NCBI GenBank assembly: GCA_950097015.1
Contig: CATNEN010000001.1
Coordinates: 1,674,001-1,738,000 of the forward strand
Source: Macrostomum hystrix
Taxonomy: Eukaryota; Animalia; Platyhelminthes
Direction: 5' to 3'
DNA: 64,000 nucleotides
Shown: one piece after another, positions 38,041-50,598 of the stretch
Position numbering within the stretch: position 1 is the first letter of the stretch
Layout of the letters: each line of letters opens with the position of its first letter
The notes under the pieces: generated by a model
Database searches by the model: none
What the model saw: only the letters and a program-made list of their open reading frames with translations
Told to the model about the DNA's origin: nothing
Program-made: the position numbers and the translations under genes

Positions 38041-40347
38041 TACATGCCTCATTGCTTCTATTCTGGAAAGGTACACATAAGTGACATAATCAGAAGCTAG
38101 TAACTAGCCAGTAACTGTAGATATTTCCTAACACCCTGAAATTCTGTGCTTTAATTAATCGCCTAAAGGAAATTCCGTCCAAGAAATAGATTATTTCTTC
38201 ATTTCACCTTGTCGTACGGTTTTTCGCTAATCGCTCCTAGCCAATTATATTTAATTCACCATCCGATGACAGCTGTTAGTATCTGCCAAATGATGTCTTT
38301 GGGGAACAGTTTTTTAGCTTCTGGATTTTCACTGCTTCCCCGCTCTGCACTATTTCGTTTCTCACCTAAAGTTCCAAGAGTATTAGTTGCGTACTATAGT
38401 GAAGCTCAGCTGTAGGGATAAAAAGAACTAGATTTTTAACACCTGCACCTGCCCATTACTAATGTTAAAATAGATATGAGTATGTACTTTTTGAAGACAG
38501 CTTAGGAATGTACTCGTACGCCAATCCCCTGTCTTTATTCCAACTCCAATTCCTTTATTTTTATCCTTCTTTAGTAAATGGAGCCCTGAGTTCGAATCTT
38601 AGCCATGGACTGTACAGCTGTACACAGGCTTTAAAAGCGCTTTGTGGAATGTGGAATCGGGTTGGTCAGTTAATTTAGCAGGTCCACACCGCTTGGGGGA
38701 TTTGAGTTCCCATGAGCAGTCCCCAGAGAGAGAGGGGAATTCATTACACACAAAGCAGCTTTGGCTCATTTATCCCATGGAGTTAACTGCAACTAAACCC
38801 AATTCATTTTTATTGCTGATCGTCTCATTCTTCTCGATAACTAAAAAAAGAAAAACGATTTAAAAGAAAATTAGTTTAGTTCGCTGCGCGGCGCCAAAAT
38901 TCTAGACTTTTTCCATTGTAAAAAAATAATTTAAAACGAAAACTCTCAACGATATATATGCGAGTGAGTTGAGCACACTCTTAAAAATGAGTCGAGGCTC
39001 GTGACTTTAGGACTTGAGAATAGTCCTACTATAAATGGGGTTTTCTTTTCAAGTTGATCTTTTCTGAGGATTACGAAGCTGGGAGCTGGAATTTCACTAC
39101 CTACACTCATATATCTACACTTGGAAGCTATGCGTGTTACCTAATACCTTGAAAATCAATTTATTGGCCCAATTTTTCTCTATCTCCCGGTTCCATTAGA
39201 ATGAACAGAATAAGTCTCTAAAAGCAACGCTATTTATATAGTTCGCAGGATAATGGGGTATAGGAGAAGCGTCCTTACCTAATTGATAAGCCCCTGTTTA
39301 TTCACCCTGACTTTGCCTATAGAGCGTATTTTAAAATGCAAAGCTATAACATGTAAATTATTTATTAGCTTGTCCAGTTTCTCGCGCGCCGACATTTATT
39401 AGCTTGTCCAGTTTCTACATGCATTTTCTATTTATCTGCTGCTCACAGGTAGAGCTGAATCCAATGTTCTTGCTCTTCGACTCTTCTGCACTACTGATAG
39501 TATTGTATATGTAAATATTGTTCGTTTTTACAACAACGATTGAGTAGTTAGCAAATAATGAAGAGTACCAAGGATATATATATACACATATATATAGAAA
39601 CAATTTTACAATGCGAAAAATCTACGTTTACTTTAGCAGAAGTCTATAAAGAACTGCAGAATACAATACCTCTGTAATTAACAAACAATAAATTTCAAAT
39701 CATTTTCGTCTGTAGAATTACATTTTCCAGCTAATCCAGCAGCTGTATCTCTTTCTATTTTAAGGTATTTGTCCTTCATTTTCAAAAGTAACTGAATACG
39801 GAGTACATAATACATAAATGTTGACAAAATTCTTTTGAAATTGTTGAATAAAAGACTAAAGTAAATTTACGTTTAAAACACACTAGGCCAACCTAATCAA
39901 GAAAACACGTGGCTCTTGAACATTAAGTTAAAGGTAGATAGAAGGAAGTAAAGGTTACGGATGTACATTTGATTCAGTCCATGCTTACCTGGGTCAGGGT
40001 GAGGGTTGTTTAATTACAGGGCTGCTTGTCTGTCCTCAGTGTAGTACGCACGTTAGCGCCCAACCACTATATACGCCATAGGCTGGCTTTGAGGTGAAAT
40101 TTTCGCATGCCTAACCCCACCCACAGCACAATTAATGCGTGCACAAGTGTACATGAGTTAGGTGAACGGTATCGGCTCGGCCAATTAGAACGCATTGAGT
40201 TACACGGCAGTCAATGTACACTAAATGTACATACCAAATGTACGTTCATTGAACAAAGGAAATGTACATTCAGTGTGCATTTTTAATGTACATTAAATGT
40301 ACATAATTGAATTTGTCGTCAATTGTTGCAGTCTCTGAAGAGTTTGT

Positions 40348-40821
40348 TTATTGCGGTTGATAAACAACAACACCGACAATAAACAGTACCAACTGTAGCA
40401 GCAGAAAAATCAAGTAGATTATGCACAATATAAACTCTAGCCTAAGTACGTAGGTCTGCCAGACGGCGAAGAATGCGACGCCAACGCCGCACAATAGACT
40501 GTAGATGACAACGGAGATCGCAGCACCCTTGGCCTCCAGAATGTTGCCCAAACTGGCTATGCGCAAGCGGAATATCTCAGTGAAGGCCAGCAGAAACAGC
40601 AAGCAGACCTCCTGGGCCAGGATGCCGGAAACGAAGGGCAGGTTTTCGCCTTTCCACACGAACAACCCGATCTCGATCACCATGAAGAAGGCCAGATAGT
40701 AGGCGTTCAGAAACACCACCCGCTGGGCCAGGTGCACACTCTTCACTAGCCGACTCTTGCCTCGGGTTACCACCTTCAGGGTCATGACGTCAGAGCTGCG
40801 GGATGGATTGGCGGGTTTCAT
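40348..40821 (-). CDS. TMEM216: TMEM17/TMEM80/TMEM216-family ciliary transition-zone protein, intronless paralog
   Basis: MKPAN...VVFLNAYY...LFVWKGENLPF...EIFRLRIASLGNILE...WQTYVLRLEFIL. Four TM helices. Exact subfamily uncertain. Confidence 0.82.
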   Translation of the reverse strand: MKPANPSRSSDVMTLKVVTRGKSRLVKSVHLAQRVVFLNAYYLAFFMVIEIGLFVWKGENLPFVSGILAQEVCLLFLLAFTEIFRLRIASLGNILEAKGAAISVVIYSLLCGVGVAFFAVWQTYVLRLEFILCIIYLIFLLLQLVLFIVGVVVYQPQ

Positions 40822-40914
40822 GATCCATAGCAACAACAAAGACCTAGCTGCCGTTCGCAAATAAACTAGATTCAAGTTTGAAGGTGGGCCTCCCTATATT
40901 GTCCTGAGAGAGGT

Positions 40915-41635
40915 TGACGTGAGGGAGATTGATCTGACCTGAGGAAGATTGACCTCACGGAGATTGACCTAATGGACATCGGAACTTATGAGAGATTTAC
41001 CTGAAGGAGATTGGACCTGAGGGAGATTCACCTGAAGGAGATTGGACCTGAGGAAGATTTACCTGAAGGAGATTGGACCTGAGGGAGATTTACCTAAAGG
41101 AGATTGGACCTGAGGGAGATTCACCTAAAGGAGATTGGACCTGAGGGAGATTCACCTAATGGAGATTGGACCTGAGGGAGATTTACCTGAAGGAGATTGG
41201 ACCTGAGGGAGATTTACCTGAAGGAGATTGGACCTGAGGGAGATTCACCTAATGGAGATTGGACCTGAGGGAGATTCACCTAATGGAGATTGGACCTGAG
41301 GGAGATTCACCTAAAGGAGATTGGACCTGAGGGAGATTCACCTAAAGGAGATTGGACCTGAGGGAGATTCACCTAAAGGAGATTGGACCTGAGGGAGATT
41401 CACCTAAAGGAGATTGGACCTGAGGGAGATTCACCTAAAGGAGATTGGACCTGAGGGAGATTCACCTAATGGAGATTGGACCTGAGGGAGATTCACCTGA
41501 AGGAGATTGGACCTGAGGGATTCACCTGAGGAGGATTGACCTGAAGGAGGTTGATCTGACAGGAGATACATTGACCTGGGGGAGATACCTGATGGAGATA
41601 CCTGAGGGAGACTGACCTGAGGGAGGTTGATCTAA
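40915..41635. repeat. 31 bp minisatellite (ggagattggacctgagggagattcacctaaa)
   Basis: Tandem copies with a dimeric unit. Confidence 0.93.
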
Positions 41636-42204
41636 GGCAGGTCGAGGATTCTTGAGCTGATGTGGCATAAGTACTTTAGTTTATTTGGAGAGAGCCTTTT
41701 ACTAAAAGGAATTTTAATGACTTAAAAAAGGCCAAATTGAAGCTAATTAAAACAGCCATCAATACGGAATGTTGCATAGTTGTGCATATGCAGCTAATGT
41801 ATGAGCGTGTGATGCTCGAATACAATACTCTTATAGTATTATCTCTAGCATGTAATAAGGACAGTTTTTTACAAATTAAAATAGAAAAAGCGCATTATAT
41901 CTTCGTATATAATCTGAACTTTAGACAACTTACTATTATTTTTCGAATTTAAGAACAATAGCATTTTCACGTTAAGAGTAGTTAACAGTAGTTAACAGTA
42001 GTTAGGAGTAATATAACCTCGAGCCAGCCGAGAGCAAAAAATAGCTTTCTGCCAAATGTAAATAAGTTAAAAACATTATTATTACAACTCGTGAGAACAG
42101 TTTAATAGTTTGACTTTTTGGTTATTAATGAGTTTCTATAGGCCCATCTTCTAAAAATAGCGACGACCTGGGAATCACCCGCTGTTTCTATTAGCTCTAT
42201 CAAC

Positions 42205-42245
42205 TGGCGATGTCGCTATTGGCTAAGAGCTGTCACGTGATATTT
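42205..42245 (-). promoter_or_regulatory. Candidate promoter: E-box (ATCACGTGAC) plus CCAAT box (TTAGCCAATAG)
   Basis: Adjacent motifs in unique DNA between the two TMEM216-like genes. Motif match only. Confidence 0.35.
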
Positions 42246-42450
42246 ATTTGAAGCTTGCGCAGCTGTGTTTGTACTTTATAGCAAAAGTTCAAGCTGAAGC
42301 TGAAGCTGAGCAAACTTTAGTCCTTTTTTGCTCAGATCATGCGCCGGCTTGTCAATAAATGATTCGACTCCGCAATTATACAGTTAATTAATTTGTTTTA
42401 CCCAAAATCGAAAAAAGATCAAAGACTTTTTAAACAGCCGCCATGCCAGG

Positions 42451-42799
42451 TCAGGTCATATAGATAAGCGCCCCGATGGACAAAATGATGCCCAACAGAT
42501 GAAAGACCAGCGCCAGACTGCAAGTAATTAATTCTGCGCGCAGCGTGTAGGTCTGAAACATCAGCAGGTAGATAACGCCTAGGATAGCCAGCAAGGTAAG
42601 TATGATGCCGATAATTTCTGCCACGCGACTGCCGGCTAAATTGCCATAGCTGCACAGGTAAACTCTGAGTAAGTCAACTCCAGTCAGAACAAATTGTAGG
42701 ATAACTTCGCCGGCTAGGATGCCGCTTGCGTAGGGCAGGTTTTCGCCTTTGTAGATGAACATAAGTATCTGACAGAGCCAGAAAATACCGATGTAGAAT
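42451..42799 (-). CDS. TMEM216: TMEM216-like protein, exon 2 of 2
   Basis: ccgcag acceptor (phase 2). FYIGIFWLCQILMFIYKGENLPY...LLRVYLCSYGNL...FQTYTLRAELI...IYMT*. Confidence 0.88.
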
Positions 42800-42914
42800 C
42801 TGCGGTCGATGCAGGTGATAAAGCGGAAAGGATGGATTTTGACCTAACATTTTAAGTTTTCAATTCAAAGTATTGAATCTGTTCAAATTCCTAAAATCAT
42901 AGCTGAACTACAAT

Positions 42915-45102
42915 TGGAATCTAGCTAGAATCGAACTTATAATCGTAGCTACAATCAAACTCGTAGACTTAGAATCGTAGCTGGAATCAAAATTGGAATC
43001 GTAGCTAGAATCAAAATTGGAATCGTAGCTAGAATCAAAATTGGAATCGTAGCTAGAATCAAAATTGGAATCGTAGCTAGAATCAAAATTGGAATCGTAG
43101 CTAGAATCAAAATTGGAATCGTAGCTAGAATCAAAATTGGAATCGTAGCTAGAATCAAAATTGGAATCGTAGCTAGAATCAAAATTGGAATCGTAGCTAG
43201 AATCAAAATTGGAATCGTAGCTAGAATCAAAATTGGAATCGTAGCTAGAATCAAAATTGGAATCGTAGCTAGAATCAAAATTGGAATCGTAGCTAGAATC
43301 AAAATTGGAATCGTAGCTAGAATCAAAGTTGGAATCATAGCTAGAATCAAAATTGGAATCGTAGCTAGAATCAAAATTGGAATCGTAGCTAGAAACAAAA
43401 TTGGAATCGTAGCTAGAAACAAAATTGGAATCGTAGCTAGAATCAAAATTGGAATCGTAGCTAGGATCAAAATTGGAATCGTAGCTAGAATCAAAATTGG
43501 AATCGTAGCTAGAATCAAAATTGGAATCGTAGCTAGAAACAAAATTGGAATCGTAGCTAGAATCAAAATTGGAATCGTAGCTAGAATCAAAATTGGAATC
43601 GTAGCTAGAATCAAAATTGGAATCGTAGCTAGAATCAAAATTGGAATCGTAGCTAGAATCAAAATTGGAATCGTAGCTAGAATCAAAATTGGAATCGTAG
43701 CTAGAATCAAAATTGGAATCGTAGCTAGAATCAAAATTGGAATCGTAGCTAGAATCAAAATTGGAATCGTAGCTAGAATCAAAATTGGAATCGTAGCTAG
43801 AATCAAAATTGGAATCGTAGCTAGAATCAAAATTGGAATCGTAGCTAGAATCAAAGTTGGAATCATAGCTAGAATCAAAATTGGAATCGTAGCTAGAATC
43901 AAAATTGGAATCGTAGCTAGAATCAAAATTGGAATCGTAGCTAGAAACAAAATTGGAATCGTAGCTAGAAACAAAATTGGAATCGTAGCTAGAATAAAAA
44001 TTGGAATCGTAGCTAGGATCAAAATTGGAATCGTAGCTAGAATCAAAATTGGAATCGTAGCTAGAATCAAAATTGGAATCGTAGCTAGAATCAAAATTGG
44101 AATCGTAGCTAGAATCAAAATTGGAATCGTAGCTAGAATCAAAATTGGAATCGTAGCTAGAAACAAAATTGGAATCGTAGCTAGAATCAAAATTGGAATC
44201 GTAGCTAGAATCAAAATTGGAATCGTAGCTAGAATCAAAATTGGAATCGTAGCTAGAATCAAAATTGGAATCGTAGCTAGAATCAAAATTGGAATCGTAG
44301 CTAGAATCAAAATTGGAATCGTAGCTAGAATCAAAATTGGAATCGTAGCTAGAATCAAAATTGGAATCGTAGCTAGAATCAAAATTGGAATCGTAGCTAG
44401 AATCAAAATTGGAATCGTAGCTAGAATCAAAATTGGAATCGTAGCTAGAATCAAAATTGGAATCGTAGCTAGAATCAAAGTTGGAATCATAGCTAGAATC
44501 AAAATTGGAATCGTAGCTAGAATCAAAATTGGAATCGTAGCTAGAATCAAAATTGGAATCGTAGCTAGAAACAAAATTGGAATCGTAGCTAGAAACAAAA
44601 TTGGAATCGTAGCTAGAATAAAAATTGGAATCGTAGCTAGGATCAAAATTGGAATCGTAGCTAGAATCAAAATTGGAATCGTAGCTAGAATCAAAATTGG
44701 AATCGTAGCTAGAATCAAAATTGGAATCGTAGCTAGAATCAAAATTGGAATCGTAGCTAGAATCAAAATTGGAATCGTAGCTAGAAACAAAATTGGAATC
44801 GTAGCTAGAATCAAAATTGGAATCGTAGCTAGAATCAAAATTGGAATCGTAGCTAGAATCAAAATTGGAATCGTAGCTAGAATCAAAATTGGAATCGTAG
44901 CTAGAATCAAAATTGGAATCGTAGCTAGAATCAAAATTGGAATCGTAGCTAGAATCAAAATTGGAATCGTAGCTAGAAACAAAATTGGAATCGTAGCTAG
45001 AATCAAAATTGGAATCGTAGCTAGAATCAAAATTGGAATCGTAGCTAGAAACAAAATTGGAATCGTAGCTAGAATCAAAATTGGAATCGTAGCTAGAATC
45101 GT
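42915..45102. repeat. 24 bp intronic minisatellite (aaaattggaatcgtagctagaatc), about 90 copies
   Basis: Fills the TMEM216-like intron. Source of the spurious ILATIP ORF. Confidence 0.97.
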
Positions 45103-45126
45103 AATGTCCGGTTAAAATTTTCTCAC

Positions 45127-45299
45127 GTATTGAAGTATAGCAGAACCTCCAGCACTACCAGCGATCTGGCATCATCTTTGGTACGCATTGTGAGGCCGCC
45201 ACCGACTCGGGTGGTTGCACCCGCCGTTGTGGCGCCGATTCCGGGTCCTGCGGCGCCAGTTGCTGTGGCGCCGGTCAGTGGCTTCTGGTCGCCGCTCAT
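45127..45299 (-). CDS. TMEM216: TMEM216-like protein, exon 1 of 2
   Basis: MSGDQKPLTG...ARSLVVLEVLLYFN-T, then a gtgaga donor (phase 2). Joins exon 2 to rebuild the family TM1 motif. Missing from the ORF track. Confidence 0.85.
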
Positions 45300-47612
45300 T
45301 GCCGGTGTAGCAGCGCGATCAATCAGTCTATGGAAATTCTAGCGCTGAAATTTAATGTTTTAGATACTTTTGTAGTTACAGTTCTGACTACTTGAAGTAG
45401 ACAACGCTAAAAACTGGTTTATGCCATTGTAGAGTTCATGCCATAACACAAGGTCTTCAACATGATTAGGCTATATCTAGCCTCTCGGGTCACAAGCGAC
45501 AATGTGCTCAATGAAAATCCCAAAATTCTGCGTCTGGTTGACGCGGACAATGAACACAGCGAGACCGATCGTCGTCCTGCATCGTGTCTGTCGGATATCT
45601 GAGACATACGAAATAACTTGCTCGACTCCTCTTCAGAGGTCCTACTTCAGAAGGAACATTCTTGGCTCCGGACGTTCCGCGTCTTTCCGTCTTTGTCTTT
45701 TGAAGGCGCTGACACTGACGACCACACAAGAGTAGCAGCTGGACTCACTGTACTCACTGGTTGCTCAGTAGACCGTCCCGAGAGCGTCAAGAATAAGGCT
45801 TAGAAGGCTAGTCCAATAGAGCTGCACCAAGAGAAGTTCTAACTTCCGCAGCTATTCAGGACGTCCAGTTGCAAAGCCCGCAAGGTCTCCTGAGGAAGAA
45901 CCTGTCTAGCTTCCTGACAAAAATGTGCTTTATGTTTAGCGACGACCGCCATCAACAGTTAAATTGTTCGCGAAAGGTTCCTTGAGCTTAGCAATTGTAG
46001 CGGACATTAGGTAAATAAGATGGCCTGCAATATTAGCATCTTAGGGGTTAGCATCTAACAAGTTGTCGGGTGCATCAATATAAAATAACCCATTCATCAA
46101 GCTAATTTGAGAACTAGCAAACTACTAAAAATAGTATTAATGAGTCCATTAAAAATTACCTCAATACATAGGCTTATGAAAATGTTATTATGAATAGATA
46201 AGTAGCTGGATGTTTTTAGCAGTTTATCAGAAACTCTGATAAAATGAATGTTTCAGAATGTAATATAAAATGAAAAATTTGATAAATAAAAGATAAATTA
46301 TAGAAAATAATACTTGAAAAATCCAAAGATAGAAGCTGTAACTTTGATGGAAATTATTGGTGAGTTATTTTCATATATTACAAAAAACAGTAAACAAATA
46401 CTGTATGAGAAAAAATATTACTTCCTAGACTGCCTCCTAAGCTTAAAAATGTTACTTTATTTTCTTCTCTATAAAAGCATGCTTTATTTGAGTTTTAAGC
46501 TAAGATCTGAATTATAATTGTGTATATAGCGGCAGAACGGAAGGTAAGCAAAATAAGAACATATATATTAACCAGGCACATTCTTTGTCATACAGTAATT
46601 AGTATCCGTTAGTTAGTACTACTAATAGGCAATAGCCAGGAGCAAATAAATGGAGACAATTGTGAAACAGTGTATGATTCAGTAATATAATTCTTCTAAA
46701 AGTCGTGATAGAAGCTCTATACTTTAGGTACACCTATTTTAAAGCATTTATACACATCATTCATTGAATCTTTGAACTCTATATTCGACGATCAAAATAA
46801 AAAATGCACAAAACATTGTAAAATTGATTAAGGAGATATCAACAGTAAATAAAATTATTTAATCTATTTTGAATTATAACACGGTATTAAAAGTTTTTTC
46901 TATTCTGCCTACTTGCTTTTAGAGATATGCTTTTTTCGATACGAAAGAAAACAAGTAATTTTGTTAAAAATAGATTTTTCGTAAAATGTTAAATCTCGTG
47001 GCTTCGTGGCCCTCCGTTAATTTCATTATTTGCTTGGATCATGTTCAATGAATGCCGGCTTTAAGGCAATGAATCTTTGATCTTTGAATCTGTGAAAAAT
47101 AATTACGCGAAACAAAGTAAAACATTGCCGTGTTAGCTAAATTATATATTGACTAGCTAGTTAGTAATATATGTCTGAAAACTTTTTAGCTTTGTAATTG
47201 TATTACTGACCTACCTTGTGTAGGCCTGCTTACATTGGCCTAATAATACATGTTCATACATTCTATGTTTTGAATCTGTGTTTTCATTATAAAGTTTTAA
47301 ATTATTTTAGCTTGGCCTAGCCTACTAGTAGTAAACCTGGGCTGGTCTATTGAAATATGCATAGTGGTGTAGGGGTACATTATGCCAGATTAACATGTTT
47401 ATTATTATTTTGCTTAGCCTAGTAGATTTGTTGGTAAGCTTGTGTCATTATTCCACAATAATTGCTATGTCTATGGCTTTTAGCTTTATACAGTATTGGT
47501 TTTTTGAGAGCAATGGTAGCTGGTAGGTAGGCTAGGCTGGTGGGTATGCCTCTTATATGCAGCAGCATATAGGCCTAGCGGCCTAGCCTAGCTCCTAATC
47601 TAGGGCTAGGCC

Positions 47613-48037
47613 GGTACCAGGACACTTTGTCATCTTACAACTTCGTCATCCAGATGACGATCTGTCCAATATCTCAGAGGGTGGATGACGAAGAGACTAA
47701 GACTTGTGGACACTTCGTCATCTATAAAACAAAAGTTTTCAAAGTTAGAACAGAACCACCCCTCCCCACCTCCTCACATCATGTTGGCACATTTCTTTCA
47801 ACTCTTATAATGAAATCAGTTTTGACACCTCTTTTTGGCATTTTAAGATGTGAAGTGTGTTCACACCTCTGCCCCACCACCCCACCCTCACTTTAGTGAT
47901 GACAAACCTAATTGCTTATTTGTTATTAGTAGATGACGAACTGACCAAACTTTAAAGCATGCCAATTGGCTGGATGACAAAGTGTCCTACCTTCCAAGTG
48001 GATGACGAAGTTGTAAGATGACGAAGTGTCTAGGATC
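47613..48037. mobile_element. MITE / non-autonomous DNA transposon (425 bp)
   Basis: About 40 bp TIRs (gacactttgtcatcttacaacttcgtcatcca / tggatgacgaagttgtaagatgacgaagtgtc). Flanking direct repeat gggctaggcc at 47603-47612 and 48038-48047. Confidence 0.85.
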
Positions 48038-48368
48038 GGGCTAGGCCTATTCACCCTTATACTCATAGTCACACTCATACATAATCTTACATACATATTC
48101 CTTCAATCATAATAGGCTAGGCATAGTTGCTCAGCAATGAGCTTGTAAAAAAGACTATACTTTGTTTTGTAAAGTATTTGAATTTTAAATTGAATGAAAA
48201 TTGAAGAAATAGAAAAAATGCAGAAATATGGGCAATGTTCTACTTCTGTTCCTTATATTATTTTTTGTTTGCAAATGACAGATAATGACAAAAAACAAGT
48301 TGAACGGTAACAAAAAGTCAGTAGTTTGGTCATACAGTTCTGAAAAGTCTTGGTCAGTCTTTCTTCTT

Positions 48369-48515
48369 TCAAACCGGGTAATAGTGTCTAATCCAGTAGA
48401 GGAGGGCACCGAAGCTATTCTTGGGGTATAGACGGCGCCATAAGAATTCTTCGAGGTGGCTTTCGAATAGAGCAGCACTTGTGCCATGCATTTGACGTAG
48501 CTTGGCCTTCGCGAA
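48369..48515 (-). pseudogene. Merlin/IS1595 (ISXO2-like) transposase C-terminal fragment
   Basis: AKAKLRQMHGTSAALFESHLEEFLWRR...FGALLYWIRHYYPV* resembles the K..HG..L..EF.WR...F..LL..I...YP tail of Merlin transposases. Catalytic core not found. Confidence 0.7.
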
Positions 48516-49560
48516 ATCTTCAGCTGCAGAATTTCTGTGCTTTAGCTTCCTGTTCCCCCATATTTCCCAGATTTTGCCATAGACATCCAAGTGTCAAGTC
48601 ACGGCAAAGCCACGTCAGCACAACTTTTTCAAACTCAGAATCCATGTGTGGCACGAATACAAACGAAAAAAGAATATAACAAACGGAAGTAGAACATTGC
48701 CAAAATATGAAATTGTAGAATTCACAACTTATTTGCTTTATGACCACCAAAAAGGTATCCCCATCTGACCTTGTTTTTTCAAGTAGAAATTATGTAAGCT
48801 AAGTTTATGCATTATATAAATATGAGCCATTTGGCATGGCTAGCTTTCTTGGCTTATTAGCACATTACCCATTGTATGTACTCTGATGAGTTCTGCTTAA
48901 GCAAAGATAAATTGCACATACAAGTACAAGATCGTGTGACTATTTTTATGGGTTTACAAATTTTGATGAAATTCTGAACTAGCTGTCCCTGTAGCTAAAT
49001 ACTAGAATATACTCTCATGAACACTTTACATTAGAAATATAAAAAGTTTTGCTAAAAATAAGACATCTAAATAAGAAATCAACGCATTAATTTATATTTC
49101 ATATTTGAAAAAAAATGATGACATTGATTTAACTACTTTACAAAAGTACAATTCCTAAAATTCTAAATATTTAAACATTCAAATGTCCCTAACTTATGAT
49201 AGACTTTAAAAGATATGACCTATTTTTGTTAGGCCTAGGCCTCTAGACATCTATTTTTGTGTACCTCTTTTGGATCAAATGATTGGTCTTAGCCTCCTAT
49301 GCACTCAAGGAAATCTCTTGTGTGTACCAATATATAATTTTCCTTTGTGCCTAGGATTTGAGTTGGTCATCACATTGTTAGCATTTGGCAGGTTGTCAAA
49401 TTAGTTTATAATAGCCCCTTGGTTTCAACATTTAGAAACAGAATTGGCAAAATGTGCTAGCACACAATACAATCTAAGACAGTGGGCTGGATTGACAGGG
49501 TAATGATATGACATAGGAGCAAAAAGGAAATACAATATTGGGACAATAGCTTTGTGGACT

Positions 49561-50147
49561 TACCTACTTTGCAGGGGGGTCTGGGGCACTTGACGCACAA
49601 ACACAGGAACGGCATGCCCCCAGGCCGGCGAACTAGGCAAGAGCCACCCATCGCGCTGCCTCCCCTGAGCAGGCACCTCACACACACAGCAGCAAGCCAA
49701 GCAGGGAAGGGGGCGGCAGCCGGAGTGCCTCTCACCCCAGGCCCGCACACGCACAGAGCAGACCAAGCCGGGGCGGAAGGCTGATAGAAATCAGTCCTCA
49801 GGGGGGGCGGGTGACGAGTGTACACTTTATCCAATTGCGCTGACGGAAATCCAGATGAGTGCGCGGCGGTGTACACCGTCCTGCCCCCCCAGCCACCCCC
49901 CGCAAGGTCTAATGCCCCAGCGCCAATGCACATAACTCATACAATGCAGAACAGGCACACAGAAAGGTAGGAGCGAAGCTATTTTTCAAGCTTTGATTGC
50001 ACAAAATATGGTGCACCTCCGCCGGTCGCTACTGTCCAAACCCCCCCAACAAGTACCGAAATTAATCGTGACCTAAAGGGTGAATCGAACTAGCGTCCTT
50101 TGGAGTGCAAGGCAGCGACGTTAGCCGCTGACCCCCCTCGCCCCTTC
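49561..50147 (-). mobile_element. tRNA-derived SINE-like element with 14 bp TSD
   Basis: Perfect direct repeat tagctttgtggact at 49547-49560 and 50148-50161. Head ggggcgaggggggtcagcggctaacg...agttcgattc. GC-rich body in AT-rich flanks. Confidence 0.85.
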
Positions 50148-50598
50148 TAGCTTTGTGGACTAAATTTAGCTAATTATGCCTAGAGCAGTACTGTGCATTT
50201 TTAAGCATTATTCATTATTTTTTGTCTTTGATCTACCAATATTTATACATTATATTTATAATAACTTTTTTCTTGTCCAAACAGTTTATTATTGTTTAAA
50301 ATAGTTACCAAATTTGAATTGCCGAGAAATTATTGGAAAAGTTTATTGGACATATAACATAATTTTGCATATTTTTGTTTATAATTTAAATACAAAACAG
50401 AGGGCATCAGTATTTTTGTGCAATCGTTTAAACATGAAATCTCTATAGTCGAGAAGTAATCGTAGCCCTTTTATATATAAAATAACACAATTTTACTCAT
50501 ACTACTATGAGTAGTTTTTATATAGTAGGTATTAACTAATTTAGTTCAGTAACAACAAGGTTTCATAAAGCAAAGAATCATTCTATTGTGCATTTCAG

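Noticed and set aside
39358-39415. 22 bp direct repeat tttattagcttgtccagtttct (also a ~36 bp duplication at 17436-17510)
   Set aside because: Simple two-copy local duplications with no further structure.
42955-45078. 707 aa ILATIP ORF and other periodic ORFs (13708, 14633, 15409, 25199, 34412, 54443, 58197)
   Set aside because: They are translations of stop-free tandem units, often open in several frames. Several lie inside introns of real genes.
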